From: Octopus vulgaris
Lineage: Eukaryota
Length of the DNA: 64,000 nt
Direction of reading: 5' to 3'
NCBI GenBank assembly: GCA_951406725.2
Contig: OX597822.1
Coordinates: 12,152,001 to 12,216,000 of the forward strand
The position numbers and the translations under genes were made by a program. Of the stretch, positions 41,022-54,190 are shown one piece after another (the stretch's first letter is position 1; each line of letters starts with the position of its first letter). The notes beneath the pieces are model-generated. The model worked only from the letters and a program-made list of their open reading frames with translations, was not told where the DNA came from and made no database searches.

Positions 41022-41846
41022 TAACCTGACGAAGGCTGGAGGGTATATCAGCCGAAATGTTGTGTTAACAACAAACAAGATGAAGACTTATTTCGTTTTG
41101 GGATTTGGTTTGCAAGATTCTTCATATGACTTCGTGTGTTGAAGCATATTCTGCTTTGTTTGAGGAGAGTCATTTTCTTTTTGTGCCTTATAATTCAACA
41201 CACTCACCGGTAAAATTTCCACTTATTTCATACTTTTATTTTCTCAGACTTTCGTTGTATCCTGCAACCTTTTTAAGTCTTGACTCTGTCCGATATTTAC
41301 ACTGCGTTCCTTTTTGTTTCTTTGTGCGCATGTGAGCGGGTCAGTGTGTGTGAGTGTGTGTGTGTGCCTGTGAATGCATGCACGTATGTATGTATGTATG
41401 TATGTATGTATGTATGTATGTATGTATGTATGTATGTATGTATGCATGTGTGTGCATGTATACATGCGTGTGTATGCATATATATATATGTATGCATGTG
41501 TGTGCATCTGTATATATGTATTCTGTATATTCATGTGCTTGCATGTCCGTGTTTGTGTATTTTTTATGTATGTATGTGGGTGTGAGCGTGTGTTTGTATA
41601 TGCATGCACCTCTGTCTCCTTGTGTGTGCTTGTCTGTTCATATAACTTACGTACCTATACTTCTGCATGTTGATCTCTTTATTTTCATATCCGTATGCTT
41701 ACATACATGTGCATACACTCACATCGACACCCACACATATACATACATCGGTCCACATAACAGCCTACTAACTATTCTACTCTACCTGTGTAAATGCTGT
41801 AGATGAAGACAAATATCCGTCAAATGTAAGTAACGTAAATGATGTA
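41022..41846 (+). mobile_element. PLE-like hammerhead element (H3) interrupted by a 713-bp insert
   Basis: CTGACGA-A-GGCTG(10 nt)CAGCC-GAAA-TG-TT at 41026-41061; AGATGAAGAC duplicated at 41078-41087 and 41801-41810. Confidence 0.6.
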
Positions 41847-41882
41847 TATATATATATATGTGTGTGTGTGTGTATATATATA

Positions 41883-41963
<81 letters not shown>

Positions 41964-43225
41964 AGATACAGATATATAACCTGATTTTGCCTTCGTTTGA
42001 TTTCTGTAGTTTTCATCGGTGTATTTTTGGCGATTTAATAAGAGTTTTGAGTGTTATTTCAAGCAGGTTGATATACCTAGTATCTCCTTTGATTAATTTT
42101 AATCCCTCGGCTATTTAAATATATATATATGAATAAAGAGATAGATATATATATATATATGAATAAAGAGATAGATAGATACAGATATATATATATATAT
42201 ATATATATATATCGTACTGTTTCGTGACAGTACTACATCTGCGGAGAGATAGTACTGTCTTACCTGCTATTATTAGTTTCATAGGATAAAAGCATTTTAA
42301 ACAGTATTTTTTAACACATTTGGTACGTTATCGCAATCCCCAGGTAATGCTCGCTTGGCATTACAAACTAAAAATAGGACAACTGTATGAGAGTAAACGA
42401 GAATAGGCGAGAAAGAATTAGACATAAAAGATTAAAAGTTAACAAGCAGGAAAGCGTAAAAGAAAATAGAAAGAAGCAAAAAGTGGTGGAGGTCGAAATT
42501 AGATTTATGACCTCTTTGACCTTTGCTGAAAGTATAGTGGCCTGAAGACTGCTCAGTCATGAGGGTTTAGTACTTACAATCTTTCCAACAGGATTTAGCC
42601 ATATGCTCACAACCGCGGAAAATTTCGGATCTAGAATTCATCAGTGCGGTAGAGTACTTAACTTTGATAAGGATTTTTCAGCAACGACTAGCTTACATGT
42701 TTTCACCCGTTGACAGCCGGTGTGTATTTTTCGAGTATTTTCCACTTTATCGTAAGTGGAGTGACGTTAAACATTAAACACCATACGTGGTTGACCAACG
42801 TAGTCGCTTTAATTTTGTCCCTGTGTCCAAAGGAATATATGTGGTTAGCATAGTGACTTTTGATGATGTCGTCACACAGCTCGATAAAGCTCTTCTAATC
42901 GGTCTTGTTATCTAGCGTTGTTGTGGCGGATTTAATCCTATATCCTTCATCGAGTGAACAGATTCTTGGGTCTCGACCGTTACAACTCAGAGTAGACTTT
43001 TGGTGTTTTTCGCGTGTATTGGTACTCTTCATATTGGGACTGTAGCTATACAATTTCACTGAGCGTCTGCATATATGTATATATGTATGTTAAATGTTTT
43101 CTTATACCTGTGATTTTCTGGAAACTGTTTGTTTCGGTGTGACGGGAGTCTGTTATCAATGTTTTTTCATTAAGGGAAGGGGAGTGAGGGGCGAACCTAA
43201 TTATAGTCTTAGGTTGTCTATCATT

Positions 43226-43457
43226 TTTTTTTTTTCCCCACAAGGGGCTAAACATAGAGGGGACAAATAAGGACAGAAAAAGAGATTAAGTCGATCACAT
43301 CGACCTCAGTGCGTAACTGGTTCTTATTTAATCGACCCCGAAAGGATGAAAGGCAAAGTCAAGCTCGAAGGAATTTGAACTCAAAACGTAGTGGCAGACG
43401 AAATAATGCTAAGCATTTCGCCCGGCGTGCTAACGATTCTGCCAGCTCGCAATTTAG
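43226..43457 (-). mobile_element. SINE family M with tail type 2 and probable 10-bp TSD
   Basis: Reverse match to 14176-14382; GTCTATCATT at 43216-43225 and 43458-43467. Confidence 0.88.
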
Positions 43458-45091
43458 GTCTATCATTATTATTCCTCCTATTATTGGAGTGGTTATATAT
43501 TAATTTATCCTTACATTCACAAATTTTTATAATCAGTTTGACAATCATTCGACCTGCATTTTTAAATATTTATTGCTAGCCCACCGTTTATTTCATATAC
43601 AAAATATTTCTCATTCTTTAGCATCTACAATATATGGCAGAGTATATAATCATTTCGATACTTTTGAAAACAAATATTATGTTGACTCGTCATTTTCGGG
43701 CATCCCCTTAGGTGATTATAGTCGACATATAGAAATTTTTACAATGACTTTGCCATACAGGTAAACAATGATATCAACTCATTATTAGAAGTCCTGCATA
43801 TACGGGACAACATGCGACTTGTGCAATATTACAATTCTTTTAATGGGCATACAAGCAACAATTCTAACCTGCCATTTCAAGACATCCGTTTACGTTAATG
43901 AAAGCTTTGATATAAATAGTTTCAATGTTCCCATCATATTATCATATTATTTTTTCAAATATCTCGAAAGAACATTTTACTTTATAGTTGAGCATAAAAA
44001 TAATCTAGGCACGCTTATTACTTAATTTGTCCTGACATAAAATTATTTCCAGTGTTTCCTTCAAGCATATGTTGCACACCCTAGATCGTGCATCATACGG
44101 CTTTGCCTTCCGCAATACCGATCAAGTGGTTACCTAATCTGTTCCTTTCCTGTTCGGGTTTCATACAAGGTCCGCGAGCGAAGTGCATTGAATCTTGCAT
44201 CTAGCGTGCTTCTCTAAAGCGGAATTTTAAGCTGTCACTCGATGCATCTACGTGTGTGTTTGTATGTGTATTTCTCAAAAAGTAATTCTCCATAGGTCGT
44301 GCATTTTTACTTCTTCGGTAACACTTCCCTATTTCATTTCTTTATATTGTGGCATCTAATTGCAATCTTATTCCTATTTCGTTTCACATTATGCATATTG
44401 TTGTAGCTGCTATTGTTTTTCTTTCTTCTATGTCGATCTTTCCTGGCTGCTTCTTTCGTGGTTCTATATCCATTTGTTTCTGGTCCATTTTCTGAATCTT
44501 TCCTAAGATCCATTCTAATGCAACTATTTATATTATTTATATTATTTTAAATACGACTCACTGTTATCTTCTACCACGCCCATCGGATCTGAACTATTCT
44601 GTGTTCTACTTTCACATTCTAGTCTGAAATTATTTAGCTTTTTATTGTTTGGTCTATGTATAGTATTTTCTAGGTTGTAGGATGATGCTTAGGACATTTT
44701 CTCCTTATGTCAGTTAAATATCTTATAATACCAAATAGATTTAGATAAAAAAAGAACGTCTATCTAATGCAGAGAAATATTCACGATCAATTTTGGATTC
44801 GACTTATAATCCGAATAATGAATTAAATCATAATACGCCATCCTTATCTGATGCATCATTAGGTTTAGTGCAAACCATTCAAATTTCTGTATGTATTAAT
44901 ATATGTATGTAAATATATGTTTCTATGTGTGTACGTATGTAAGTATGCACATATATATGTACATATATATATAATTGAATCATCTGGAGTCAGCTATGTA
45001 TATATGTATATATATATATGTGTCTGTATGTATATATACATATATACATATATATACATATGCGTACATATACATATACATGTATATATAC

Positions 45092-45177
<86 letters not shown>

Positions 45178-45545
45178 GGAAGAGAGATATCCTATTACAC
45201 ATTGATGCTGAAAAATATATTATGATAGTAATTTTAACATTATTGTTTTGTTGATATCACTGTTGCAGTTGTCGTTGTTGTTGTTGTTGTTGTTGATGAT
45301 GATGATGGCGATGATGATGATCTTAAACTCCAGGTTACCCCTGAACGACTAGATCTACCATTTAAGCCTACGACGACTATGAAAGTCTATTTACTTCAAG
45401 TCATGTTTGTTTGTTTTCCATGTGTTGTGTACGATACCTATGACTTTCATTTTTAGAAACACAAAAGCTGGGTTTGAGTTCAAGGAAAGAAAACAGAAAA
45501 CCAACCGCCTTCCTATTCTGTAACGACCTGGAATTTTATGTGAAA

Positions 45546-45903
45546 AATTCACTAACTTCAATATTGCATTGGTTTGCCGATGACATTAGAAAGGAATTTG
45601 GATTGAAAATGTGCGGAGCTTTGATTATAAAAAGAGGATAGGTCCAACAGGCGCACGGTGTGAAATTGCCCACAGGATATGTAAGGATAAAAGACAAGGA
45701 ATGATAAAGGCATCTGGGCATATTGGAAGTGTGTGGATTGACGGAAAGCAATGATGGAGATATTCTCTCATGAATATTACAGAGAATTGAGACTAATGTT
45801 GCCGTCTAGATTCAGTGGGACGAATAAGTTCCAAGTAATAAATGCACTGGCAATTGCTCTCTTGAAATACGGGGAAAAGGTGATACGATGGTTAACAGAG
45901 TAA
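45546..45903 (+). mobile_element. Decayed R4/Dong-like non-LTR retrotransposon RT fragment
   Basis: Translates as LHWFADDIRKEFGLKMCGALIIKRG*..VKLPTG..RHLGILE/MMEIFSHEYYRELRLMLPSRFSGTNKFQVINALAIALLKYG..IRW. Matches the R4/Dong pattern FS.DI.MEFG..KC..YKYLGILE..EY.RR.R..L.S.L...N...AIN..A....Y; stops and a frameshift present. Confidence 0.8.
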
Positions 45904-46212
45904 AAATAATCCTGGGAGAAGAGAACAACGTGTGATATTTGAACCGGCGTCAACTTTTTGGTGGAGTTTGTCGTGGACAACAAATTCTAGCTCATGACAA
46001 AAGGGGAATATGCCATTTTGTTTTATACAGCTGGATACATTTCGAACCCCAGAAGATGCTCTGAGCTAAATCTGAGACGTTAACACCGTTTTGTCTTCAG
46101 AGTGAATTTGTCGCTCCACGACAAACTGTCGTTAAAAACCATTACATGTTCAAATATCTGCCAAACTACAGATATTTTTCTACTGTCCCTGTATACTTCC
46201 TGCATCTACTCA

Positions 46213-46220
46213 TATACATG

Positions 46221-46252
<32 letters not shown>

Positions 46253-46428
46253 CATACATACATACATATATGTATACATGAACATACACACAAATACCAC
46301 TCAGAGATATTTCTCAAACAATTGTTTGCATACATACATACATACATACATACATACATACATACATACATACATACATACATACATACATACATACATA
46401 CATACATAATACATACATACATATATAT

Positions 46429-46461
<33 letters not shown>

Positions 46462-46536
46462 TATACATACATACATATATGTATACATGAACATACACAC
46501 AAATACCACTCAGAGATATTTCTCAAACAATTGTTT
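46213..46536. repeat. Tandem duplication (period about 209 bp) of an (ACAT)n tract plus a unique segment of about 67 bp
   Basis: ...tgtatacatgaacatacacacaaataccactcagagatatttctcaaacaattgttt at about 46261-46327 and 46470-46536. Confidence 0.9.
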
Positions 46537-47877
46537 TTGAAACTACTGCTGTTTGCAGTTTTTAACAGATTCTTTTTCTACTAACTTTGATTCAAAACTT
46601 ACTGAGACAAATAGGGATCAGTGAGAAGACAGAAGGCTCCGTGAAATAATCGGAGGCAATAGTGTGAACGTCCCCTCCTGTTTCCGATAATCTATTTTGA
46701 GTGAAATGTATTTATTTATTTACTTTTTTTATTGTTCTGTGCATATATTTTAGACAAATCTGTCAATATATAGCCATGAACGGGATGCAAGATATAGTAG
46801 GACGTGCTCTACTATTTTGAAGAAAGAGAAAACGATAGAGAGAAAGCGAGATAGAAAGGCAGAAAAAAAGAAAGAAAGCAATGACTTGTACGCAAAAGAT
46901 AAAGCAATTAATGAAAAAAATGAAAATAATTTTCCTAAATAAAATGTGTCATGAAAGAAATAGCAGAACGGGAGATAAAAACAAATAAGCGAAGTAAAGA
47001 AAACATCCTAAAGACGTGCTACGCCGAAGCCAGGTGCCATTGAGAAACACTTTAAGTATTTCCACAACTTTATTTAATCGGAATTAATCTCTAAAAGATT
47101 GTGATTGATATTGATAGCCGAAAGCACACATTCATTCGGCTTTATTGATTATTTCTTCTGCTTTTACTGCTATTGTTATCATGTCGTCTTCTTCTGTTCA
47201 TGAACGACATGGCGGCCAGTCGAGCCAATTAGTAGGCTTTATGCGGGCCGGTTGACCTGCAAGAAATAGCAACCAAATTTCTTCTCAAATTATACCTTGT
47301 CGTGAAAAATAAACTTGAAATCTGTTGACGTAGATGGTCATGAGATTAACTTTCCTCTATTAAGGATGAACTGAATCGTAACTCACCTGAGGTTTAAAAA
47401 ACATCAAGAAAATAACAACGAAATAACAATCGCAACAACAACATAGAAAAGACAATGGCAGCGAAAATTCAATAAATTGAACATATTAATATAATTCATT
47501 ACATTGTATAAATATAAACATAATCAGGATAGCTTTTTTGTCTCTTCCTGTGGTTCTATAAGCATCGAGGTTGGTACGATAGTTATAATAGTCCTCTATC
47601 TAAAGGCTACAAAACAGAACATGTATAATATCGAGGGAAACGTTAAGGGACCCATTATATTATATAAATAGTAACCAAGTATCCTGAAGACTATATTTGA
47701 CTGTCTCAGGATATACTTGAGACAGACCTGTCAGGTCCAATATCACAACTTCGAGACTTTTGGATTGGGATTAATTTAGAAATATTCTTATGTGAAACAC
47801 CAACTGAAGCAGCAGGAAGGAGTTACTTTTAAATCGCAAGAAACAAGTTGTATAAGTTTGAAACAATATCAATCAGA

Positions 47878-48285
47878 GGTGCAGCGCCTTCAAGGCTTTT
47901 CATCGTACGATTCGTCCCCAGAATTTAATTTTAAGTTTGGCACTTTTTGCCCATCAGCACCGCTAAATTAAGGGAACTTGAACAAAATAACACCAGTTGT
48001 CAAGCGTTAGGGGTGGGCGACAGACTCAAACGCAAAATCACAGAAACATACACACGCACACAAACACACACACACACATATACACACATGTAAATATATG
48101 TGTGTGACTGTGAGGGTGCGTGCACAACGGGCTTCCACGCAGTTTTTCTCAAACAAATTGACTCACATGGCATTGATTGACCCGGGGCTATAGGTGAAGA
48201 AACTTGAACAAAGTGGGGCGTAGTTCGACTAAATCTGAAAACCCACGGGGTTGAAAAGCGCGCTTCTTGACCATACAGTCATGCC
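47878..48285 (-). mobile_element. SINE family R, highly diverged
   Basis: caccagttgtcaagcg...aacgggcttccacgcagttt...actcacatggcattgattgacccggggcta. Confidence 0.6.
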
Positions 48286-49119
48286 TACACGTATGGATTA
48301 TAAACATTTCAGACAAAATAAAGCAATTTGATACTGTTAAATATAAAAAGGCGATGCCTTATCCTCTAATTAAATACGCATTTTACACACAATTTGATTT
48401 CGGAGCGGACTGGTTGTCTTCATCGATCATATTCTCCACAGTATTTGATAAGCGCTTTATTTTACAGACCTCGAAAGGATTAAAATGAAAGGGAAATTAA
48501 TACTTTGGCAGTATTTGAACTGAAAAACCGGATCCAAAAGTAATACAGCATGGTAATTTGTCCGTCGCTCTACCGATCCCGCTAATTTCCCGTTTCGCGT
48601 TTCTTCTTTCTAGAATGCAGATTGATAACTCGATTAAATTGATCTCTTGTGATCGACTGTTTCATCATTTCATGAACGCCGGAGGGGTGAAAGATAAAAA
48701 TGACCTCGGCGAATTTGAACTCAAATTCGAGATACCAAAAGAAGTGTTGTTCATGATGATATTCGATGGGTCAAACGATTCTGCTAATACAATATCTTTA
48801 AACAGAAAATATTAACCGGAAAATAAATTGATGTTTGTAGGCATAGCTGTATGATTAAAGTATGATCTGCTACGTGATTTCGAATTTGATTCACTTATAT
48901 GGTAACGTGAACAAAGTTTTGTATATTATCTCCGGTCGACGAGAAAATTGTGATAAAAATCTCATAGATGAAGCTTGTGTGATAGACAAACCGTTCAGAA
49001 ATATTTAAAAACGAAAATGACATTGAATTATCATAGATCAGCAGAATTTCACAGCATCTGCCTCCATCTTTATGCCATATTTCCAATTATAAATATTTTC
49101 TAAATTAATTTTACTTCTT

Positions 49120-50300
49120 GATACAATAGTGGCCAGACAGCGATTGTATCAATACAGCAGGAGTCAATACTCAAGTTACTTTCATGCCAACCTACGCTGA
49201 TGAAGAACAAGATAAATTCTATGATCAACTACAGGACTGGGTGGATCACGTTGCCAGGCATGACATCGAGATATTAGGGGCAACTTCAGCGCCGAATTGG
49301 ATAACGTCAGCGTGTTTCTGCTGACAACACAAATGATAAAGGCACGAAACTGCTAACGTGTTGCAGTTACTATGCGATCAGTATTGGTAACACATATTCC
49401 ACTCACAATGGATCCATTAGGCCACCTGGATCTCACCTGAGACGCAGCAAAAGTAATGACTACATTTGCATCCGTATGGGGTGACATTCATTCCTACTGA
49501 ATGTTCTTGTGTACAGTGCTGAATGTAATTTAATAACGGGCAAGATTTGTTTGAAGTTAAGAAAACTGAGATCCGCAAAAGAAGTGCGTTCATAAGCAAG
49601 GAAGAAACTTAAACAGTGGGATATTTCGACACAGTTCTATGAGGCAACAACGAATAGATTGTAAATTCTAGGATGAGTAAAAGATCGTGACGAACAGTGG
49701 ATGTTGTTCCAGGAATCTATTACGGATCTTTCCCTCAAGAGTAACGGAGTAGACGAAAGGGAAACATCAAATAACACTAAACCTCAGTTGATTCATAATT
49801 TGAGCGATCGTAGAAAATAGGTCAAACTGAAAAGAGATAAAATCTGGTGATACTAACAAGTGGGGTTATGAGTGAGAAACACAGGGACCTTGACAAAAAT
49901 ATAAAAATGAGTTGTTTGACAAACAAGAATAATTAATGACAAAAGAAGGGAAAAGATGCCGGAAAATAACAGTAAGAATGAACGAGTTCAGAAAAATTTG
50001 AAAACGTCATCTGGGGCTAGAAATAGCACCGCTATAATGATCTTGAGAAAAGAAGGGACAATATTGGTGACGAATGAAAATCAATCGCCAAGATGGGTAA
50101 AACATATTCAGGATGGAGAGAACCAGCCTATGAGATACGCTTCTGTGGTCTTTAGAAAAGAAATGAAAATAGTAGAAACAACAAGAGATGTCATTTCACA
50201 GACTGCTGCGATTTATGCAATCCAAAATGTAAGGAATAAAATGGTAGCGGAGCATTGAAGAGGTAAATGTAAATCCGCTGAAATACTGGGGTCCTTTTGT
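49120..50300 (+). mobile_element. Decayed RTE-like LINE: AP endonuclease and linker
   Basis: Fragments DEEQDKFYDQLQDWVDHVARHD, GNFSAEL, NDKGTKLLTCCSYYAISIGNTY, ATWISP..DYICI, ILVTNENQSPRWVKH and AIQNVRNK match APE motifs FY..L..D..GDFNA, N.NG..L..C..L.I.NT.F and TW.SP...IDY; many stops. Confidence 0.8.
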
Positions 50301-50374
50301 ATGCCGAAAAGCAACAGTTTTGGGGGAAAAGTAATATCCTTTTAAAAGAAAAGAAAATTTAGGCAAAACTTACA

Positions 50375-50544
50375 TTGTCTGTGTTTGTCCCCCACCATCG
50401 CTTGACAACCGATGTTGATGTGTCTACGTCCCCGTCACTTAGCGGTTCGGCAAAAGAGATCTATATTCTAGCCTTACCAAGAATATGTCATGGGGTGCTG
50501 CTGCAGCATGGCCGCAGTCAAATGACTGAAACAAATAAAAGGAT

Positions 50545-50548
<4 letters not shown>
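50375..50548 (+). mobile_element. SINE family R, 3' half
   Basis: gtctgtgtttgtcccccaccatcgcttgacaaccgatg...gcatggccgcagtcaaatgactgaaacaaataaaa. Confidence 0.85.
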
Positions 50549-50593
<45 letters not shown>

Positions 50594-51451
50594 ATGTGTA
50601 TGTTGGCCAGTAGGCTTCAAAATGATACTTGTACAGTCTTTCAACAGAATATTTTTTAGTAACTTTTGTTGACTTGGCTAAGCTTGCAACGCTTTTTCAA
50701 ATTTTTGCTTTTCCAAAATGCATTACTTGTGTGACTACATGTGCGTGCCTCTGTGGCACGTGTGCGCGTACGTAAATGGGAAGAGTTATATTTATACATA
50801 ACATGTACTCTTTTGTAAAATGAAAATACAAACTAAACATTTTTCTTCAGAATTGAGCAAATTTGTAACTTATAGAGCTGATAATAGCAAGCTCAAATCA
50901 ACATAATCTCATTAGGGGGGATTAAAATAAGGACCACCTGAGCAGTGGAGTCGATGTAATCGACTTACCCAAAGATTCTGATCAGCCAACCTTCGCATTG
51001 GTCATAAGGGATAAGCATCCCTCTGGTAAACATCCATTAATGCTATATCGCCTGAAGAAATGAATCCATGTAAGTAATCTACCCGATGCAACCGGACACT
51101 GCGGATTAAACTGTAATCATACCAAGAATAAGGATGCATTAAATGTTTATGAATTCCATCCAAGGATTAATGTTATTATAACTATATTTATCTCACATTA
51201 GATCGCTACAGCTCAATGCAACCCCAAAAGCTGGTTCACCAGTCAGCATCATTAAACTGTGGCCGACATAATGGATTAGTAGCTTTATCTGCATATTTAA
51301 AACGTTCCCTGTAAACATATAATATAATAAAACATAATATACTATACTATAATATACTTTTTCATACACCGGGCTTCGTCTTTTGTTTTTCTGTAAATTT
51401 CAACTATATATACGTATATATATATACATACATACATACATACACACACAA

Positions 51452-51482
<31 letters not shown>

Positions 51483-51492
51483 TATATATATA

Positions 51493-52590
51493 TGGTGTAT
51501 TTTGAGGTTTATAAGTTAGTATAGGTTTGTGTATAAGTCTTGGGTCTGTGGTTTACGTGTGTGTATTTGTGTGTGAATGTTTAGGTTAGGGGGATTGCTA
51601 TATAAGTTTGTTATAGGGTTTAGCAAAGGGAGATTTTATCGTTATATGCTTTTATGAGTTTTGGTTTATCATGGTTTTTTTTAGGTAATTCCTGGTAATT
51701 TGTCTATTTTCGATGTTGGTTATTTTTTTACATTGTTTCATTCATAATTTTTGAGTGGTGTTCGTTTTGCCACGTGAATAACCGGGTGGTGGACTAGCGT
51801 TGCTTGGAATTGTGAATGGAATAGTGTAGTAGTGAGGTAGGCATAGAGAATGGGATTGGGTTACTGCAAGTTGTTTGTTAGAGCTGCTAAGGTGAGTTAA
51901 AGCTCATAAATGTATTTAATGTTTTTTGTGGGTGTGTAAGTATTGTTGTATATGTCGAGTTTAGTGAGTATGTATATGCGTATATGTGAGGGAGTATATG
52001 TATCTGTTGTGTGTGCGTGTTTTGCGTGTGTGTGTGTGTTTGTGTGTGAATGTGTATATGGGTTTGTTATTTAGGTTTTGGGATGTATGTGTTAATTTGT
52101 CTGTGTGGGGAGGGAGTGGGTTTTGGTGTATATTGAGGTTTATAAGTTAGTATAGGTATGTGTATAAGTCGTGGGTCTGTGGTTTACGTGTGTGTATTTG
52201 TGTGTGAATGTTTAGGTTAGGGGGATTACTATATAGGTTTGTTTTAGAGTTTAGCAAAGGGAGATTTTATCGTTATATATTTTTAAGAGTTTTGTTTTAT
52301 CATGGTTTTTTTAGGGAATTCGTGGTAATTTGTCTATATTTTCGATATGGATTATATATAGGTTATATATGGATTATATACTTATATTTTTTCATTTATA
52401 CTTTAATTATTTAAAATTATTATTTTTATATTTTAAAATTTTGATTTTTTAGATTGGAAGTCCACCTGAAGATTGTCGATCAAGACAAGAAACGATTGTA
52501 GTGGCGGTTTTTTTGACTATTTATTAAAATTTTATGTATTGATTAAGTCTTTCCTTGTTTGTTTTGCAAAATAGTGGTTTTGTCTCTAAT
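51493..52590 (+). mobile_element. GT-rich PLE/retrozyme-like element with direct repeats of about 220 bp and a terminal hammerhead
   Basis: Direct repeats 51493-51714 and 52124-52346; hammerhead at 52462-52504; both ends in TA/CA microsatellite. Confidence 0.65.
52462..52504 (+). ncRNA. Type I hammerhead ribozyme, canonical core
   Basis: CCAC-CUGAAGA-UUGUC(GAUCAA)GACAA-GAA-AC(GAUU)GU-A-GUGG: all three stems pair; predicted cleavage after GUA at 52500. Confidence 0.8.
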
Positions 52591-52592
52591 AA

Positions 52593-52648
<56 letters not shown>

Positions 52649-52656
52649 CGTATATG

Positions 52657-52760
52657 TAGTTGAAATTTACAGAAAAACAAAAGACGAAGTCAGATGTATG
52701 TGTATTATTTCGGAAAAGTGAGAATGTATTTTATGTTTTGAGCCTACGCGCTTCAACAAT
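52657..52760 (-). mobile_element. PLE-like terminal element H2, degenerate and truncated at the HERO-like fragment
   Basis: tagttgaaatttacagaaaaacaaaagacgaag matches 62455 onward and is the exact reverse complement of 51374-51406. Confidence 0.7.
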
Positions 52761-52802
52761 AGGACAGTATACTTCCACAAGGAGGGAAAAGGTTATAAAA
52801 CC

Positions 52803-53276
52803 ATGCCTACAAGTAACGTATACGAGATAGACGAAAGATGGAAGGGATACTGGGAGGTGGCCACGAACTTGGAAAGACAAGTAATATTTCCACTAATAAA
52901 AATAACACAAAGACCGGATTTAGTTCTTTGGAACACAGACCGGAGAATGAGAATTTTACTAGAACTGACAGTACCTTGGGAAGAGAACATCGGCAATGCA
53001 GAGGAACGAAAGGAGAAGAGGTACGAAAAGCTAATCGAAGAATGCAAAGAACAGGGATGGAATGTCGAATGTTATCACCTGGTAGTGGGGGTTAGAGGTT
53101 TCATTGAAAAGAAAATGACAACGCTTTTCAAAAGAAGATTTGTTTTTTCCAGCCCCGAGCTGCGTAAACTAATAAGGAGAGTACAGGAGGCGGTCGAAAA
53201 AGCCAGCTTCTATATAAGGCTGAAGCGGGAAGACCGAAAATGGCTTCAAAGTCATAAACACGCCAACGGGAAATAA
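52803..53276 (+). pseudogene. Restriction-like endonuclease domain of a 5'-truncated HERO-like non-LTR retrotransposon (element about 52765-53440)
   Basis: 157-aa ORF with RPDLVLW...ELTVPWEE...AEERK..RY..L.EEC...GW...C....VGVRGF...EKAS...LKR; no RT upstream; followed by a short 3' UTR and (GTA)n. Confidence 0.85.
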
Positions 53277-53448
53277 CATCATTAGGTGAGACAAGTTGAC
53301 TGACAGGTGACGGTCGTTTAGAAAAAGCGCTGGCTAAAACTACGCGCCTTCACTAGTCAGTTAAGGTGAGACAGTGTCACGTGACAACTTGCTGGGGCTG
53401 CCTGCTGGAGCCTATGCGGCAGGTATTTAAAGGGAAAAATTTGTTGTT

Positions 53449-53499
<51 letters not shown>

Positions 53500-53959
53500 C
53501 TCCCAGCTGCAATTGTAGTGTAAAATCGCATTGTCCGTTCTTGGGTCGTTGTTTAGCCCAAAATGTAGTTTACAAATGCACAATTTTAACGGGATATCGT
53601 AGGGAGGGTGCAACCATACACAGGTAGCAGATATGGATACAAACTTTGTTCTATAGAAATTTATGAGCTTTTTAAGTACAGAGACAATAATAATCTTTAT
53701 TACTAATAGATTAGACCTTAGGGTACCCTGCATGCATACCATCACACGTATATTTAAATAATTTCGAAATAATTAATATTATACTCATCATATTTGATGG
53801 TAGGAATTAATGTGGGATGTCATATCTTTCTTAATTTACCCTCAAGTGTAGTAAATTACATATTGTATTATATTATATATATGTTGTGTATTATATTAAA
53901 TGATATATTGTATATAATATTGATAACCCATACCAGTTTAGTCTGCATTCATCCTATAT

Positions 53960-54190
53960 GGTGATTATACTGTTTTTTCCATTAATTCCAACTATTTCCG
54001 TCCTATCAATCAGAATCTGTAAATTTCAATTGAGTTACTAGATAATATGCCTCCATCAGATAAGTTTTACACTTACTATTAACTATATAATTCTACATAC
54101 AACAGTGCCTGTAATATTATATTTTATAAAGCGCATCCAATGATATCCTCATCTAGATTTACTTTGCCAGGAACACCTCTACCTATCCTT
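53960..54190 (-). mobile_element. Possible PLE GIY-YIG C-terminal remnant
   Basis: Weak manual translation NSKCKTYLMEAYYL/ILIDRTEIVG resembling C.LC..E...I...LLN.RSE. Confidence 0.3.

Noticed and set aside
53500-53712. Helitron-like 5' end on the minus strand (TCTATTAGTAATAAAG), and a similar non-autonomous-element-like motif at about 760-790
   Set aside because: No matching 3' hairpin plus CTAG terminus and no second copy found.
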